A DNA stretch of 64,000 nucleotides from Vicugna vicugna (GCA_013265495.1 MU058009.1:4344739-4408738), one strand, 5' to 3'; counted from the first letter of the stretch, positions 48,289-61,807 are shown. Numbers and translations are program-made. Notes: generated by a model not told the origin, from the letters alone.

Positions 48289-51200
48289 AAGTGTTCCATG
48301 TCCCTCTGCACCTGGTGTGGTACCTCATTCTCAAGCGGGGGGTGAGGGGAGAGGAGCCTGCGCAGCTCCAGCGTGAAGAACACGGAGGGGTCTGGCTCCG
48401 GATTCAGGCTACTGCTCTGTGGACCCCTCGAGGGTGGAGTGGGCTCTGAGCACAGGCAGGGGTTCAGGAAACCACCTTCTGCTCCAACAGAAGCACGGAA
48501 GGCGGGTCTCGTGGTGTCTGCACCTCCAGGGCCACCAGAAGTTCCCGGCAAGGCTGACAGCACCTGGCTGCGTTCAGATGCCTCCCCTGGTCACCAGGGC
48601 GGAATGCAAGTCCCACTAGGGAAAGGCTGTCATGTGTGAGCAGCTCTGGGAGGCAGCCACCCTCCCGGTAGCACAGCGATCACCAGAAAAACCCCTCAGA
48701 ACCTTGCAGTTTGCTACTGAGCAATCCCAAATCACATCACCCGGTGTTTTGGGGACTGCCTTCCGTCCAAGCCTGCCTCCCAAACCTTGTCTCCAGCCAC
48801 AAATTAAGAGAAAAGGTAGGTCTTAATATGTAATGGTTTTCAAATAATTCTAGCCTGTTCTGATTGATTGTGGGGATTAAATAAGTAGCTGAAAATTCAC
48901 TGAGAGTCGGAAAGGAGGTCAGAGCCGGAACTCTTGGGAATTATTGCACTTGTGCCCTTGGGGGCCCAGTTCCCCCCAAGAGGAGGGGGAACGCTTGAGA
49001 AGGGCAGTGTCATTTCCAGCGGCTCCCGGCAGAACTGAGAAGTGACTGTCGACTTCAGGTTTCTTCGTGTCCCCCGACCTCCCAACCCACCACCAGGCGC
49101 CAGAGACTCCGCTTCCTCCTGGCGTCGTGGTCCCGAGGGGCTGACCCCGCCCCGCACACCGGGGCTGCGCCGTGGCCACCCCTCCCTGAGGCCTCTGGGC
49201 TGCTGAAGGCGGGGCTGCGGGCCTCCGGGGAGTGGAAGGGGGTGGGTGAGATTTACCAGCTCCCCTGTGACCGGAACGTCTACACTCGGACCAGAGGGTT
49301 TCAGTGCGGATCCCGCTTGCTGGAGTAGAGTAGGGAAGACATAGGTCATTTCCGTACGTCTCCTAAGCTCGCGCCCAGAACACCTCTGAATAAAAGGTAC
49401 CAAGGCGTCTGCAGACAGAGGCTTCCTAGACGTGGCCGGGACTGGAGCACACAGCGGCCCGTGACCCCGCTGGGTTCAGAGATTTCTCGTCCGTGTCTAC
49501 GAAGTGTACCTTCCATCACCCCATCACCATCCCTCCCGGAGTGACTGGTCTGTCACCACCGGCTTTGTAAAGGGACTTCACTTTACCTGCTCGCCGATCT
49601 GACAGCCCTTCCCACCTGGCGGCTCTCCGTCACTCTGGTCCTCTGAGAGCACATGTCTCAGAACCAGCTTCGCCGCGACGGCTGCCTCCAGCAGGCAGGG
49701 CCACTCCCTCTCCGGCTTCACGAGCGTGCCCTCCCATCTTCTGCCCAGTGCGCCACCCACGCCCCGATCTGCTGAATTTCAGGTTTTGACGGACGCCCAT
49801 GAGGAAGGGCCTCCAGCCAGACTTAGAGCTCAACGCTGGCGGACACGGCTTTGATAAGCCCCATGAGGGTGGTTCCCGGCCTCTCTCCCCGGGAAACAGG
49901 AGCTCAGTCAGGCGGTGCTCATTAGCGCGAGAGCAGAAAGCATCCTGACCGGTGTGTGGGCTGTTCTTCCGGGCACAGGTGCTGATGGAAGACCGTTACC
50001 GCGAGCAGGCCTGCACTCCCCACGTTCTGGACCCCTGGGACTCAAGCCACCGGCACATGTTAGGATTCATCCACTATCTCTCACCGGAGGCTGTCCTTTG
50101 GGGAAACCAGGATGTAGGTTTTGCAGATTTTACCCCATAGGGATGTGGGGGGGGCGGTGGTGCTCGGGGTGGGTGTTCCAGCACTAAGCCTGCTAACCAA
50201 ACACGCCCGCAGAATCACATTCATCTTCTTTCAAGTTGCCACTCCCTCCCAGCCCCACAGGGCGCCTCCCCCACGCCCGGCCCTTAAACTCTTCCCCGCA
50301 GCGGGCTCAGAGGTCCACCGTGAGGCGTCGCAGCCCTGCCTTCTGCCGAGCAGGGCTTGCAAAACTGGAGCCGCACTGCTGCTGGTGATTCTCAGATGCT
50401 CCTTGCTGTCACTGTGGGTGGTGATGATGGCGGTGGTGATGAATGGCAGCCTCTGTCCTCCGCGCTGGAGATCAGTCAGCAAGTGAATTAACACCAGAAT
50501 CTGACGGAGGCGCTGCGCGTTCCATCGGCTTGACCCCATCCCTGTCTTAGCCCTCTGAACCCTGAGTTTAGAAGGGAAGACGGTCTTCCTGATCAATCAC
50601 AGGAATGTCCCTTTAATGTGTGTTTTCTTTGATTAAAAATGTGTAATCTGGGAACAGCAATTCATCCACAATTAAAAATAAATTCTCATGATGGTAAAAA
50701 TTTGAAGTATTTCTCATTAAAGGAGAAAGAGCTGCGTAGAGGGGGAGATGTGGCCGTCCAGCCCTGGGAGCCTGGCCGCTGCCCGGCTGCTGCTGGCCGA
50801 GCGTACACGCACATGACAGTCGTTTACCCGTCACCAGAAGAACAGCTGAGAACTGAGGCTGTCTGTATCCATGCGCGGCACTAGCTAACACCTTTCAAGC
50901 ATTTTTCAAAATGTTTGTTTCAGAGCCGATCCCAGAACTAATTCGGTTCAGAGCTTGCTCCCTGGAGCTTGGGTGGGCAGGGGTGTCTCTTTTGCCACGC
51001 CTGTAGCTATCAGTTCTCACCCTCTCTGCTCTTAATCCAGGCAGGATTTCCGTGAGCATCCAGCGCTGTCTGCCTCCGAGACAGTCCGTGCACGTGGACA
51101 GCCCCGTGGCTGTGAGCCACGGAGACCTCCGGTCTCTGCATCTTCACAACTTCACGCTCACGTTCCCGCTCCCACAGCCCTGCCCGCCCCCCATGTACCC

Positions 51201-52136
51201 TTACGTGATGGGAACAGCAGGCTTTCCACGGAAGACGCCCTAATCCCAGAGCTCAAGTTGAGGTTACTTCTTACAGTGACTGTGGGACGCATCTTGATGC
51301 AGGATCTCGTCTGGAGGCTTGGTTTGGTTTTAGTGGTTTGAATGTTGGTTTTACCCCAACGCAAGCCTCCAGGTAACTCAGATATATGCTTCTGACATAT
51401 TACAAAAGCCTGAGTTCATTTCCATACCTTACGGATCATTAGCGTTATTTGAAATTGAATTGCTCCTCCCTCAGAGTCTCTATTTGATTAGAACTTGCGA
51501 GAAATACAAGTTAGCTATGGCTGTAGCGTTTCCCTGTCTCCCGGTGAATCTGTGTTTTGGAATTCCTGAGTATTTGCTAAGGAACAGAATTGCTCATCAG
51601 TAGAACAGGTTTTAGTTCTGATCCCATGACTAACTAGCTGGGTTCCTTGTCCTTATCTTGTGTGTAAGATGTTGTGATGGAAGATTGCTAATTTTTTTCT
51701 ATCTTTAAAATTAAATAATCAAGTAATTTCAGATGTTATAAGAATTCTGCCAGAAAAAATTGGAAAGCTGCGTTATTGATAAATGACAGTCGACGGTGTG
51801 AATTTGGGTAGGTTCCACAGCCAGCGCCTCATCTTCGTGTCCGGAACGGCTCAGAGGAAGGGAGCGCACACTCTCGCGCTGCCGCTTCTGCAGGTCTCTG
51901 AAGCGGCTCCTTGAGGAGAACTTGAGGGCCAGACCCTGCGGCCCTCGGAAGGGACTGTTGTCTAAGAAAAGACGGCGGCTTTTTCTGGAACAAGAAGTGA
52001 TACTAGCCCTGAGCTGCTGCTCAGTTTTGATCTCTGTGTGACACACGCCGAACAAGGGAGAGTGGACTGTCGTGCAGCTCAAAGTCTGGGGACGGAATCC
52101 ATGTCGGGACTCGGCACAATCCTCCGTCCCCAGTAA

Positions 52137-52138
<2 letters not shown>

Positions 52139-52177
<39 letters not shown>

Positions 52178-52190
52178 CACGCACGTGTGT
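52139..52190. repeat. (GT)14 microsatellite continuing into GCGCGC and alternating purine-pyrimidine sequence
   Basis: Read directly. Confidence 0.9.
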
Positions 52191-54964
52191 GGTATTTACT
52201 GTAATTACTTCTCCACTTAATTCTTCAAAACAGGTGACACCTGCTCGCCCCAAGATCCACCTTCAAAATAACAGGAGAGAGTAATGCAGAGAGGGGTCTC
52301 CAGTGCGGTTTATCATGATTGTATCGCATCGTCCCGACAAGTGTTCTGCTCAAGAGCCCAGACACGTTTGTGTAGGTCTCGTTAGAAACACTGGGGTGTT
52401 GCTGAGTGGGTTCTAGCCTCCCTGAGTCCCCGCGGCGTGCATCCTGTCCCCTGGACTCCGGGCTTCCCTGGGGACTCCTCTGTGAAGAGCAGGGTGTGCG
52501 AGGCGGCGGACGGAGCTCAGTCCCAGCTTCACTCGCGTGCAGGGCTGAGGGGAGGACCGGATGGGGACATCCAGCCGTGTCTGCGGCACCGCGAATGGCG
52601 TCACGTGAAGCACGTGTGGGTGAGGGAGGGGTCCTTGCTGCCCCTTGGAAGGATGAGGGAGAAAGATGAGGGAACACAAAATAAATGCTTTATCGAGTCG
52701 CAGACTCACGCCGTCTCCATGTCATTCTTTCCACTCCTGCCCCCAGTTCCTCCCGTTCACACCCTCACGGAGGGAGACAGACAGGGACTAGATGCAGGGC
52801 AATAGGTGCCGTCTGCTAAATGCAAAATTCCTCTCTCTGAGTGTCCTGATGGAGTTTAAAAAGCAAGAAAAATGAAAAGCAAAAGGTAAAATAGAGAAGA
52901 AATCTAAAAAGAGAAACTTCTCCCTGAGCGCGTGGCAGGCGGACTGCAGGGACAGACCCGGAGCGGAGCGGGTCAGTGGTGCCCGAGGGCGTGGAGGTGG
53001 GGCCCTGCCTCCTTCCCCGCCAGCCACTGCAAGCACCGCCCCCAGCCAGGCTCTGGATGAAACACAGTCAGATTTTGCACATTGAGGGGGGTGCAAGCAT
53101 CACACTCCAGTTAACCCCTCAGTTTCGCGAGGACTGGGTGTAGGTAAAGAAAACACGGGAAAAGATGCATTCTAGTCCAAACCAGCCTCAGGCTGGCTGT
53201 GGGCTCGGCGGCAGGGCATGGTGCCTCCCGGCGCCTGGATCTCCCACCTGGAACGTAAACGTCGCCGAGCTCGGGCATCCTCCGGCCACCCCTGCACTCC
53301 TACGCAGCCCCCAGCTGTTTCCGGAAGTAGGACGGGGCCGCGTCCGCAGCCCAGGGAGAGCCCGGGGCAGCATGGAAGCCGCATCTCCCTCGGCACTCGA
53401 CTAGGGAGGACCCCCTCTCTGGGGCGACAGAAAGATGCGAAGGATGCCATTCTCAAATACTTCCGACACCCCAGCCCCCTGATCCTTTTGGCATCAATAC
53501 ATGACTTTTTCCCCAGCCACACACAGAATTTTTCTTCCAGATGCATCCCCGACTGGCAACGAGGAAGTCCTTCTGACTAGATAGCCCACTAACCAGCCCC
53601 CACGGCCTCCTTAGCAGCCTTTTGTCTGTGCCTGTCCCTTCACCACTCCCTCCAGCGCAGCCTACCTTTGCAGTAATAACCTAAGAAATCAGATACCTGA
53701 GAAGAGCCAATGGGAAAAAGCGTGAAGTGTTCTGTTCACGATGTTGTTCTAACAAACACCCCTTTGTTTACACTAGGCATTCAGGGTGAAGTTGTGACTC
53801 TGAGGAAACGCATGTGACCTGGTTGGGCCGCACCTGGGAGCATGTGTCACTCACACCTGAGCTAGATGTGCACGCCAGCCCGGGTCACTGTCAGGGGCTT
53901 AGCCGGCAACTGAGGCAGCCCTGCGGTATAACTGCACTGACAAACTCTGGCCACGGGGTCAGCTTCAGTCAGGAAAGTCAGCTGGACTTTGGCACCTTAT
54001 TCAGCTTTAGCCGCCTGGTGAACAACCCAGATGGACCACATGACCTGAACCATCAGTTCCTTGAGGAGTGACGTCAGCAACACGGTGGATAAGACATCCT
54101 TGTCTGGCCCCCACTCCCGACCCCATAACAGCACCTCCTTGTCTATTGTGGGTGCTGTGGGACCCAGCCCCACAAGCCAAGGGGCTGGGAGGAGACATGC
54201 ACTGAGCAGCAGCATGCAGACTGGGTCCTGGCTGCGCCCTGCTCTGGCCCGTGAGCTGGCCCCAGCCCCTCTCAGCCACGCTCCAGGGGTCCCTGGAGAA
54301 CAGTGTCTTGACCTGTCCACCGTGAACTCGAGAGCCCTCGTGGAGGTCCAGGTTTGCAACAGAGAAGGCCCAGCACAGCACCCGAGTTGGAAGCAGGAGT
54401 CTGGGTGCTTTGGAAAGGGGGGGAGGACCAGGCGACCTCACCTGCAGAGCCCAACCCCCAGAAGCCCAGCTCAGGGCCACACGAGACCTTCTCCGACGAC
54501 GCTTTCTTCCGCAGGGGAGGTAGGACTGTGGGCGTGAGCACTCAGGGCTGGGGGAGGCAGGGAGAGAGACAGACAGAACCCCAGGAGAACATTACAAAGG
54601 GTGCAGAGCCTGCCAACCAGGCACAGGCTCCATCAAGATGCCGTCCAATGAGCTTCGGGTGACACCTGGCCCACGGCCACCCCCAGAGTTCTACATGCCT
54701 CCCCCCCACACCTCTGCCTCCTGCGGCCAGCTCTCTGCGCACGCTCTTGACAAGGCAGGGGCGAACTCTGCTACAGGACTAGTCAGCATATGCAGAAGGC
54801 TGGCCCAAGTCCACTGGCCACGGGAGACCACAAGCTTGAGCTTTTCCCACCCTTGGGAAAGCAAGAGGGCGGTGTCAGCACTTGGCCTGGTGCTTCGCAG
54901 GATCAAGGGCCAGCGTACAAGAGGAGGAATTCCGCCCCAGGAGAGATTTAAAAAAATGAAAGCC

Positions 54965-57692
54965 CAACCGACAAACCTTTCACTGACCTAACTGAGGAAA
55001 AGGGAGAAGACTCAAATAAATAAAATCAGAAATGAAAAAGGAGACGTTGCCTCCGATTCCACAGAAACGCTGAAGATTACGAGACCACTGTGAGCAAATA
55101 GACACCAAGTAACTGGATAGCAAAAGGTGCGAATAAAGCCCTAGGCACACACAACCTAACAAGACCACGTCATAAACCCAGAATCTGAACAGACAAATAA
55201 CGAGTCAGGACTCTGAATCACCACCAGAAACGTTCCGACGGAGAAGAGCCCGGGGCCAGACGGGGTCCCCGGCGAATTGTCCCAAACCATTAAAGACGAA
55301 TTAAATCCAGTCGTTCTCAAACTCTTCCAAAACACTGGGGGCAGGAACTCGCACACTCATCTTAAGAGGCCAATATTACTCTGATACAAAGCCAAATAAG
55401 GATGCTAAGAAAAGAAAACCATAAGCCGACATTCCTGGTGAATACAGACGCAAATATTCTCAATAAAATATTAGCAAACTTCATACAAGAGCATATTTAA
55501 AAATCACACCATGATCCAGTTGGATTCATGCCTTGGACACAAGGATGACTCAGCACATGAAAATCAATATAGTAAAATGAAAGACGAAAACCAAATGTTC
55601 ATCTTAATGGATACCAAAAAAAAAAAAAAACCCTTCATGATAATAACTATCAACAAATTGGGTACAGAAGACATGTTCCTCAACATAATAAAAGCCATGC
55701 ATACTAACGACAAAATATCTGAAGAACAAATAAAGAAAATATCCAAGTCACAACAGCATAAAAAAAAATAAAATACCTAGAAATAAATTTAACCAAGGAG
55801 GTGAAAAATCAGTGCACTGGAAACTGTGATGAAAGAAATTAAAGAAGACTCAGATAAACACAAAGAGATTCTCCATGGATTGGAAGAAATAATATTGTTA
55901 AAATATTCATACTACCCAAACCCATGTATAGATTCAGTGAAATCCCTATCAAAACTTCAGTGGCATTTTTCACCGAAATAGAAGAAGCAATACTAAATTT
56001 TGCTCTATCCCACGGAAGACCCCAAAGAGTCAAAAGCAACCTTGAGAAAGAACCAAGCTGGAGGCATCACACTTCCTGACTTCAAACTGTTGTTACAAAA
56101 TTATAATAATCAGAGTAGGATGGTATTACCATGAAAACAGATACATGGCCCACGGACCAGGAAACAGAGCCCACAAAAAACCCTTGCAAAAACGGTCGAC
56201 TAACATTTGACAAATGTGCCAAGAACACTCAATGGGGAAAGGACACCGTCTTCATAAACGATGTTGGAAAGCCTGGACAACCCCGCGCAGAGAATGAAGT
56301 TGGCCCCGTATCCCACAGCGCTCAGAGTGTAATCCCTAAACCCTAGAACTCCTAGAATAAAACACACGGGAGAAGCTACTTCATACTGGTTTTGGCAACA
56401 CTTTTTTGGGGCACGGCAGCCGAAGTACACACAACAAAGTCAAAAATAAACAAGCGAGCCTACGTCCAAAAGCTGCAACCTGCGCAGCAGAGGAGCTAAG
56501 CGACAGGGTGAAAAGCTAGGCTGCAAAACGGAGAACACATTAACAAAAGTGTATCTGATAACAGGCTAATATTCAGAATAAACAAAGAACTCGTAAAAAA
56601 GAGCAAAAAAATTATCTGAGTTTTAAAAATGGGCAGAGGAACCGAATAGACATTTTTCTGAGGAAGACATACAAATGGCTAACATGTACATGTCAGCGTG
56701 CTCAGCATAATGAATCATCAGGGAAACGCAAATGAAACCCACCAGGAGATACCACCTCACACGTGTGAGAACGGCCGTCACCCAGCAGACAAGAGGGAAC
56801 AAGCGTGGCCGGGCGTGGGGGACAAGGAGACCTTGCGTCCCACTGGGGGCACACAAACTGGTGTGGTCACCACGGAAGGAAACAGTGTGGGGGTTCCTCA
56901 AAAAAATTAAAAACAGAACCACCGCACCATCCAGCAAGGACAGCTGTTGGCATAGATCCAGAGGAATGAACTCAGGATCTCAGAGGCACCTGCGATCCGA
57001 CGCTCCCCGCGGTGCCATTCAAGTAGCCAGGACGTGGGACCTACCTAAGGGCCCTCCGTGGACGAACGGATAAAAGAGATGTGAGAGACAGGCATACTGT
57101 ATGTGTGGATGTAGTGAGCTTTTGTAGAAAATGCACTTTACATGTATGTGTGCACGCGTGTGTGTATATATATACAGACATGCGCACACACATATATATG
57201 AAATTCTCCCACGAGACAGAAGCCCAGCCATCTGGGACATCGTGGCTGGACCCTGAGGACGTCGTGCTAAGTGAAACAAGTCAGGCAGAGAGAGACATGG
57301 TGTGCACTTTCACTGACACGTGGACTCTAACAAGGCTGAACTCTCACAAACAAGAGAGCAACACGATGGCTTACAGGGGCTGGGGGCTGGGGGGGAGGTG
57401 ATGCAGGTCAAAGGGCCCCAACGCCCAGCGGTAACACATGAGCGTGTTCTGGGAACTTCGTGGGCAGCGTGCCGACCTTGGTTAACGATACTGTCTTGCG
57501 TGCTTGGAAGTTGCTAAGAGAGTAGATCTTAAATGATTTCACCGCAAAGAAACTGTAATCATGTGACGTGGTGGAGGTGCTAACCACCCTACTGCGGTGA
57601 CCCCCGTGATGTGGAAGTGTGTCCCATCACCACGCGGTGCCCCTTAGATTGACACAATAGTTTATGTCAGTTGTATCTCCAGAAAGCTGGGG
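54965..57692 (+). mobile_element. 5'-truncated L1 (L1MA9-like), degenerate ORF2 through 3' UTR, about 2.7 kb, non-coding
   Basis: Continuous L1 ORF2 homology (gagaagactcaaataataaaatcagaaatgaaaaaggagac; cttctcaaactcttccaaaa; gctggaggcatcacacttcctgacttcaaac; gtatctgataacaggctaatattcagaata) and an L1MA-type 3' end (gttgctaagagagtagatcttaaatg...tatgtcagttgtatctc). Many stops, frameshifts and internal deletions. Confidence 0.93.
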
Positions 57693-58754
57693 GCTGTTCC
57701 TTAAGGGAACGAGGGGGTCACGTTACACCCCAGTCCCCAGGGGCAGTGGTTCCTGGCCTGAGGGGCACTCGCTCCAGGCTCACTGACAGCTGTCACTCCA
57801 ACACCAACATTCCATGGGGACCTACAACCCCATGATAGAACCTTGGGTCTCCGCCGAGAGCGTAAGGGGAGTTCAGTGGACTTTTGCTGTTGTCATTGAC
57901 ATCAAAGTTTCTGTAAGGACTTTTTTCAGTCCACTTGTTTTCCTTATGTTTCTGAATCACATTATCCTCTGTCCACCGCACGTGTTCCTAAGAGCAAACA
58001 AGGACCTTTCCAGAAGTCAATGAGCTGCCATGGTGACGAGAAAAGCAGTTACACTGGGAACCGGATGAAAAGCCACACGTACTCACGTGTGCCTGGTTAC
58101 GCACTCAGCCTTGGTGCGTTCCCGACGCCGTGCTGGGCGCTGGGGATGCGAGGGCGAGCGGACAGAGCTCTGCCCAGCCCCGAGGCACTTCCCGTCCGGG
58201 GGCGAGAGCGCTAGTAATGACGTCATCTCACACACGCGCGCGCACACGCACGCACACACGTGAATGTGCTCTGTGCAGGGTGCTGTGAACACACGTACGG
58301 GAGACTGAGAAGGTCTCCTGATGAGCGAGGATGAGAGGGAGCCTGTGCAGGGGGGCAGGCAGAGAGGGACGCAGCGCCCACAGGCACCCGGGCCTGAGCG
58401 GAGGGAGGCCCCGCACCACAGGCAGGCCGTCGCCCGGGCCTTACTCTCACCCTCACCGTTTCAGCTGGTCGCTGCTTTGTTCAGCTACAGGGAAACTTCG
58501 CACACAGAACTGAATGCGCACCAGCACAGCCGCCTTTTTTCTTACACACACACATTTGACACAAGTGCCCGTGACGTTTATGTAAAAGTTCTGGGTGTCA
58601 TAAGACTAGACTATTCTCGAGCCCAAGCGCGGCACAGCTGAGTCGGGAGGGGGAGACGCCCGTTCAGTCAGTCTCCCCCAGGAGGCCACGGCTGGGTCCT
58701 CCAGAACAGGCCCCCGGGGGGGCCCCTAAAGCAGTGAATTACAAGTAGAACACG

Positions 58755-59030
58755 CTGTTCCTCTGAATTTCTTTATCTCTGTAAACAGCACCATCAAGCA
58801 TGGCTCCGACCCCAAACCTCAGATTGCTCTCTGGCTCCTCTCCCTCACCACCCACATACGTCCCCTCGGGAGACCCTACACTTCCTGCCTGGGTCTCAGC
58901 CGTGTCCAGTTCCCTCAGACCCGCTCCCACCTTCCTCCGAGCCCCTTCGGCTCCAACTGCCCTGTACTGGCCCCCTAACTCCTCCACAGCGGCCCCCGCC
59001 TGGCCCCCGGTGGCCTGCGTTCCCCACACA
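58755..59030 (+). mobile_element. L2 fragment
   Basis: tttatctctgtaaacagcaccatc...ccaaacctcagattgctctctggctcctctccctcaccacccacat...cctacacttcctgcctgggtctc resembles the L2 body. Confidence 0.5.
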
Positions 59031-59035
59031 GCTGG

Positions 59036-59036
<1 letters not shown>

Positions 59037-59070
<34 letters not shown>
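59037..59070. repeat. Perfect (CA)17 microsatellite
   Basis: Read directly. Confidence 0.95.
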
Positions 59071-59071
<1 letters not shown>

Positions 59072-60004
59072 CAACCATCATCCCACAGCACTGCTGCTCT
59101 CTATGCGGTTTATATTGGTGAATCTGACTGCGCTCACTTGGGACATTCCTCTGACTCTGATTTTCAGACCCCTAAGTTCAGACACAGGGACGCTCAGGGT
59201 CACTAGAGGTGAAGCAGGAGTGTTACCAGGGCCCTGGCGCTGGGACCTGCATGCTTAGTCTCTGACCTGTGGGACCTTTAATAAAAACTGCTTGTGTTCA
59301 GTTCTAAGCTGGGCATTCTTTTCACTTTGAGCTCTTTAGAGCTGTGGCCTGCAATCGGAGGCACGTCCCCGTGTAACTGCATCATCCTCCCTTGTGGCCA
59401 CAGCCTCCAGCCTCTCGAGCTGGTGAAACATGGCGGCCGTGAGCGGGCGGTGGGGGCGGGAGGCGCCTCGGGGCAGCAGCCGGACGCGGCACGCTGGGTA
59501 TCTCGGAGAAAGTCTGCAGAGACCTACACAGCTATTTTTATTACCATCAGTTATTTATGGCTCCTATTAATTATATTTTAGTTTATTTAACAAAAAGAGC
59601 CTAAGGGAAAGTTGCATTAGAGTAACCCCTGCTTTGCTGAACATTTCCCGATGACTTAAGAATTTAGAGACTCAGACATTCCTTCCAAACTGCTATTGTG
59701 AGATTTTTAAAGGCATCACACTCACGCCATTTTCCATCATTCTAGATGGTTTGAACTAGACGGTCCTAATTTTGGTCACCATTATTATTCTCTGTGAGTC
59801 ACACGTCTAAACAAAGCTCAGTGTTTTCTCGTGTTAGAAGGAAAAACCCTCTCCTGAGGCAGGCGTGAGGCTCACCCCGTCTCGGCCGGTTTGCGAGTCT
59901 GTTACTCATCACGTGCAGTGGACGGTCTGGGCTGGACCACTGGGGCTCTGCGCAGAATGCTCAGTGCCTGAGGAATGGCTGTCTGCACAACCCTGCACTG
60001 GTAA

Positions 60005-60200
60005 CAGTATTAAAAATAAAAGCCACCTGTTCTTTGCAATTTATAAAGTGCTTCCACACACCATCTCATTTAACCGTACGTAAAGCCCTCCGGTGCTGTG
60101 GAAGGAGAGCCTTCCACATGCTGCAGCTTCACACCTGTATCTCCCCCTGGGCTCTGGAAGGATGGCTGAGAGTGGCCCAAGGACACGCACTAACCCAGGA
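60005..60200 (-). mobile_element. MIR fragment, antisense
   Basis: aaagtgcttccacacaccatctcatttaaccgtac...gagtggcccaaggacacgcactaa resembles the antisense MIR consensus. Confidence 0.5.
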
Positions 60201-61807
60201 GGCACCAAGAGAGTCAGCAGCTCTGGACGTGCCCCTCTGGGTGGTGACGAGCCGGCGACTGCAGACGAGAGCCGGTAACACAGGTTCCGAGACCCCCAGC
60301 CTACAGAGACGGAGGTAGAGAAACTCCACAGGGCAGGGCCTGGGCAGTGGGACCCGGAGCCACAGCACCTCCTGCCAGCAGCCCAGTCCATGTGCCTGGA
60401 AGGCCACGTGCGTGCTCTCTGTGTGCTGGGACTCAGGGGGGCGGGGACGCTGTGGAAGCACTGCTGACTCCGCGGTGGGTTAAACCTTCCGTCTGGGTTC
60501 CAGCCCCGCTCCCCTGACCAGGTTTTTGGGCGCCCTTGCCCCTAGTCCATGTGAAGAAGGTTCCACGGGCCATGGGTGGAGCCCACAGCCCGAGTGGCAC
60601 TACGCTGGGCCCTGCATCTTTCTGCAACAAAGATGCTAAAATGAGCTCAGCATCCAAGTCCGCACGTTTCCTCTTTCTTGGAGATTCCATGCTAGCCCAG
60701 GGACTTTAAAGGGCTTTGGGCTTTGGGAAATTTCTAGGAGTAACCTGATGGTCTCTGGGGAACTAAGACTCAGAGCAAGAACATCCCGCCCGACCCTCAC
60801 GCTGCCTGCGCATCTCCTGTGACCCAGAGGACTTTCCCAGATGCCGCCTGTGCTGAGATGGACTTCCTAAGTGGATCCACTGGTGCTGTGGAAGGGGAGC
60901 CTTTCACACGCTGCTCCCGGACAGGGATCCGGCACATCCCTGGTTCTCTAGGCAAGCGAGGCACTGTGGCCACCCGGGCACCGTGGAGCAAGAGCAGGCG
61001 GCTAGAACCCATCCTTTGGGTGTGTGGTCCCGCCCTTTGTGTTGCACAGGACTAGCGGCCAGGCCCCTAAACAGAGCTGTAACGCCAGAGGCTCTAAGAC
61101 CCTCCAGGAGCCCATGAACCTCTGGGAGTTTTTGCCTTCAATTCTATTTAAATCCAAGAAGCTTTCACCCCGCTGACAGCTCCAGAGGCACTGCTGAGGC
61201 TTCGGGAGGAGCTGTTGTGAAAAGCTGAAGCTGTTGCTAAGCAAACGGAGTCTCATGGAGACAATGGACGGAGTCAAGGCAGCACCTGCTGAAGTGAAGC
61301 TGCCACGAGCGCTCCGCTCGGCGCGAGGCTGCTTCCACGAGGCTTAGACCTCCGCCGCCTGGTGCTGCAAAGGCAGTGAGCACGGGGAGTCGCCGATCCT
61401 CGGGACCCGCGTGTCCCCCGCTGCGGGGACCCAGTGTGGAACCCGGCGAAGCTCGGGGCCAGCAGCTCGTGCCCGGTGTCGGGGTGTGCGAGGCCCCAGC
61501 ACACCTTCAGTGCCAGCGGCCGTGTGTGCTTTGCTAGGAAAGGGTGGGCTGAGTGGAGGGAGCGGATCCTGCACCGTGACATCCCCACCAGCCTCATCCG
61601 GCGAAAGGGGATATGAGGAGAAATGGCTTCTGCCGGGCTGGTGGGAGGCAGGCTCCTGACGTCCAGTGTTTGGGTGGTTTTGCACCAGAGGAGCCCAGAA
61701 GCGTCGGTCAGCAGGACTTGCTTTACTCGGGGAGGCTCACCACGGACTCCGGAGGCCGGGGGCAGGGGCTCTGCTCATGGTCTTGGCCTCCAGGTAGCCT
61801 CCTCATT

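Larger units (their letters stand above)
1..48305 (+). other. NTM: Neurotrimin gene, 3' part (window starts inside the long intron before the second half of Ig domain 2; earlier exons lie upstream of the window)
   Basis: Four exons splice in frame to [148 protein letters not shown]..., recognisable as NTM rather than OPCML, LSAMP or NEGR1. The 3' end is approximate. Confidence 0.96.
46630..48305 (+). other. NTM: NTM 3' UTR (long form; end approximate)
   Basis: Blocks resemble the human NTM 3' UTR as recalled (e.g. GGACCCAC...GCTGCATCGTG, GGGCTCAGCC..TCTGCCCAC). A distal ATTAAA at 48283 gives a terminal exon of about 1.78 kb, similar to the human size I recall. Confidence 0.7.

Noticed and set aside
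54965-57692. L1 ORF2 as a functional reverse transcriptase/endonuclease gene
   Set aside because: 5'-truncated, with many frameshifts, stops and internal deletions; no long ORF in the track.
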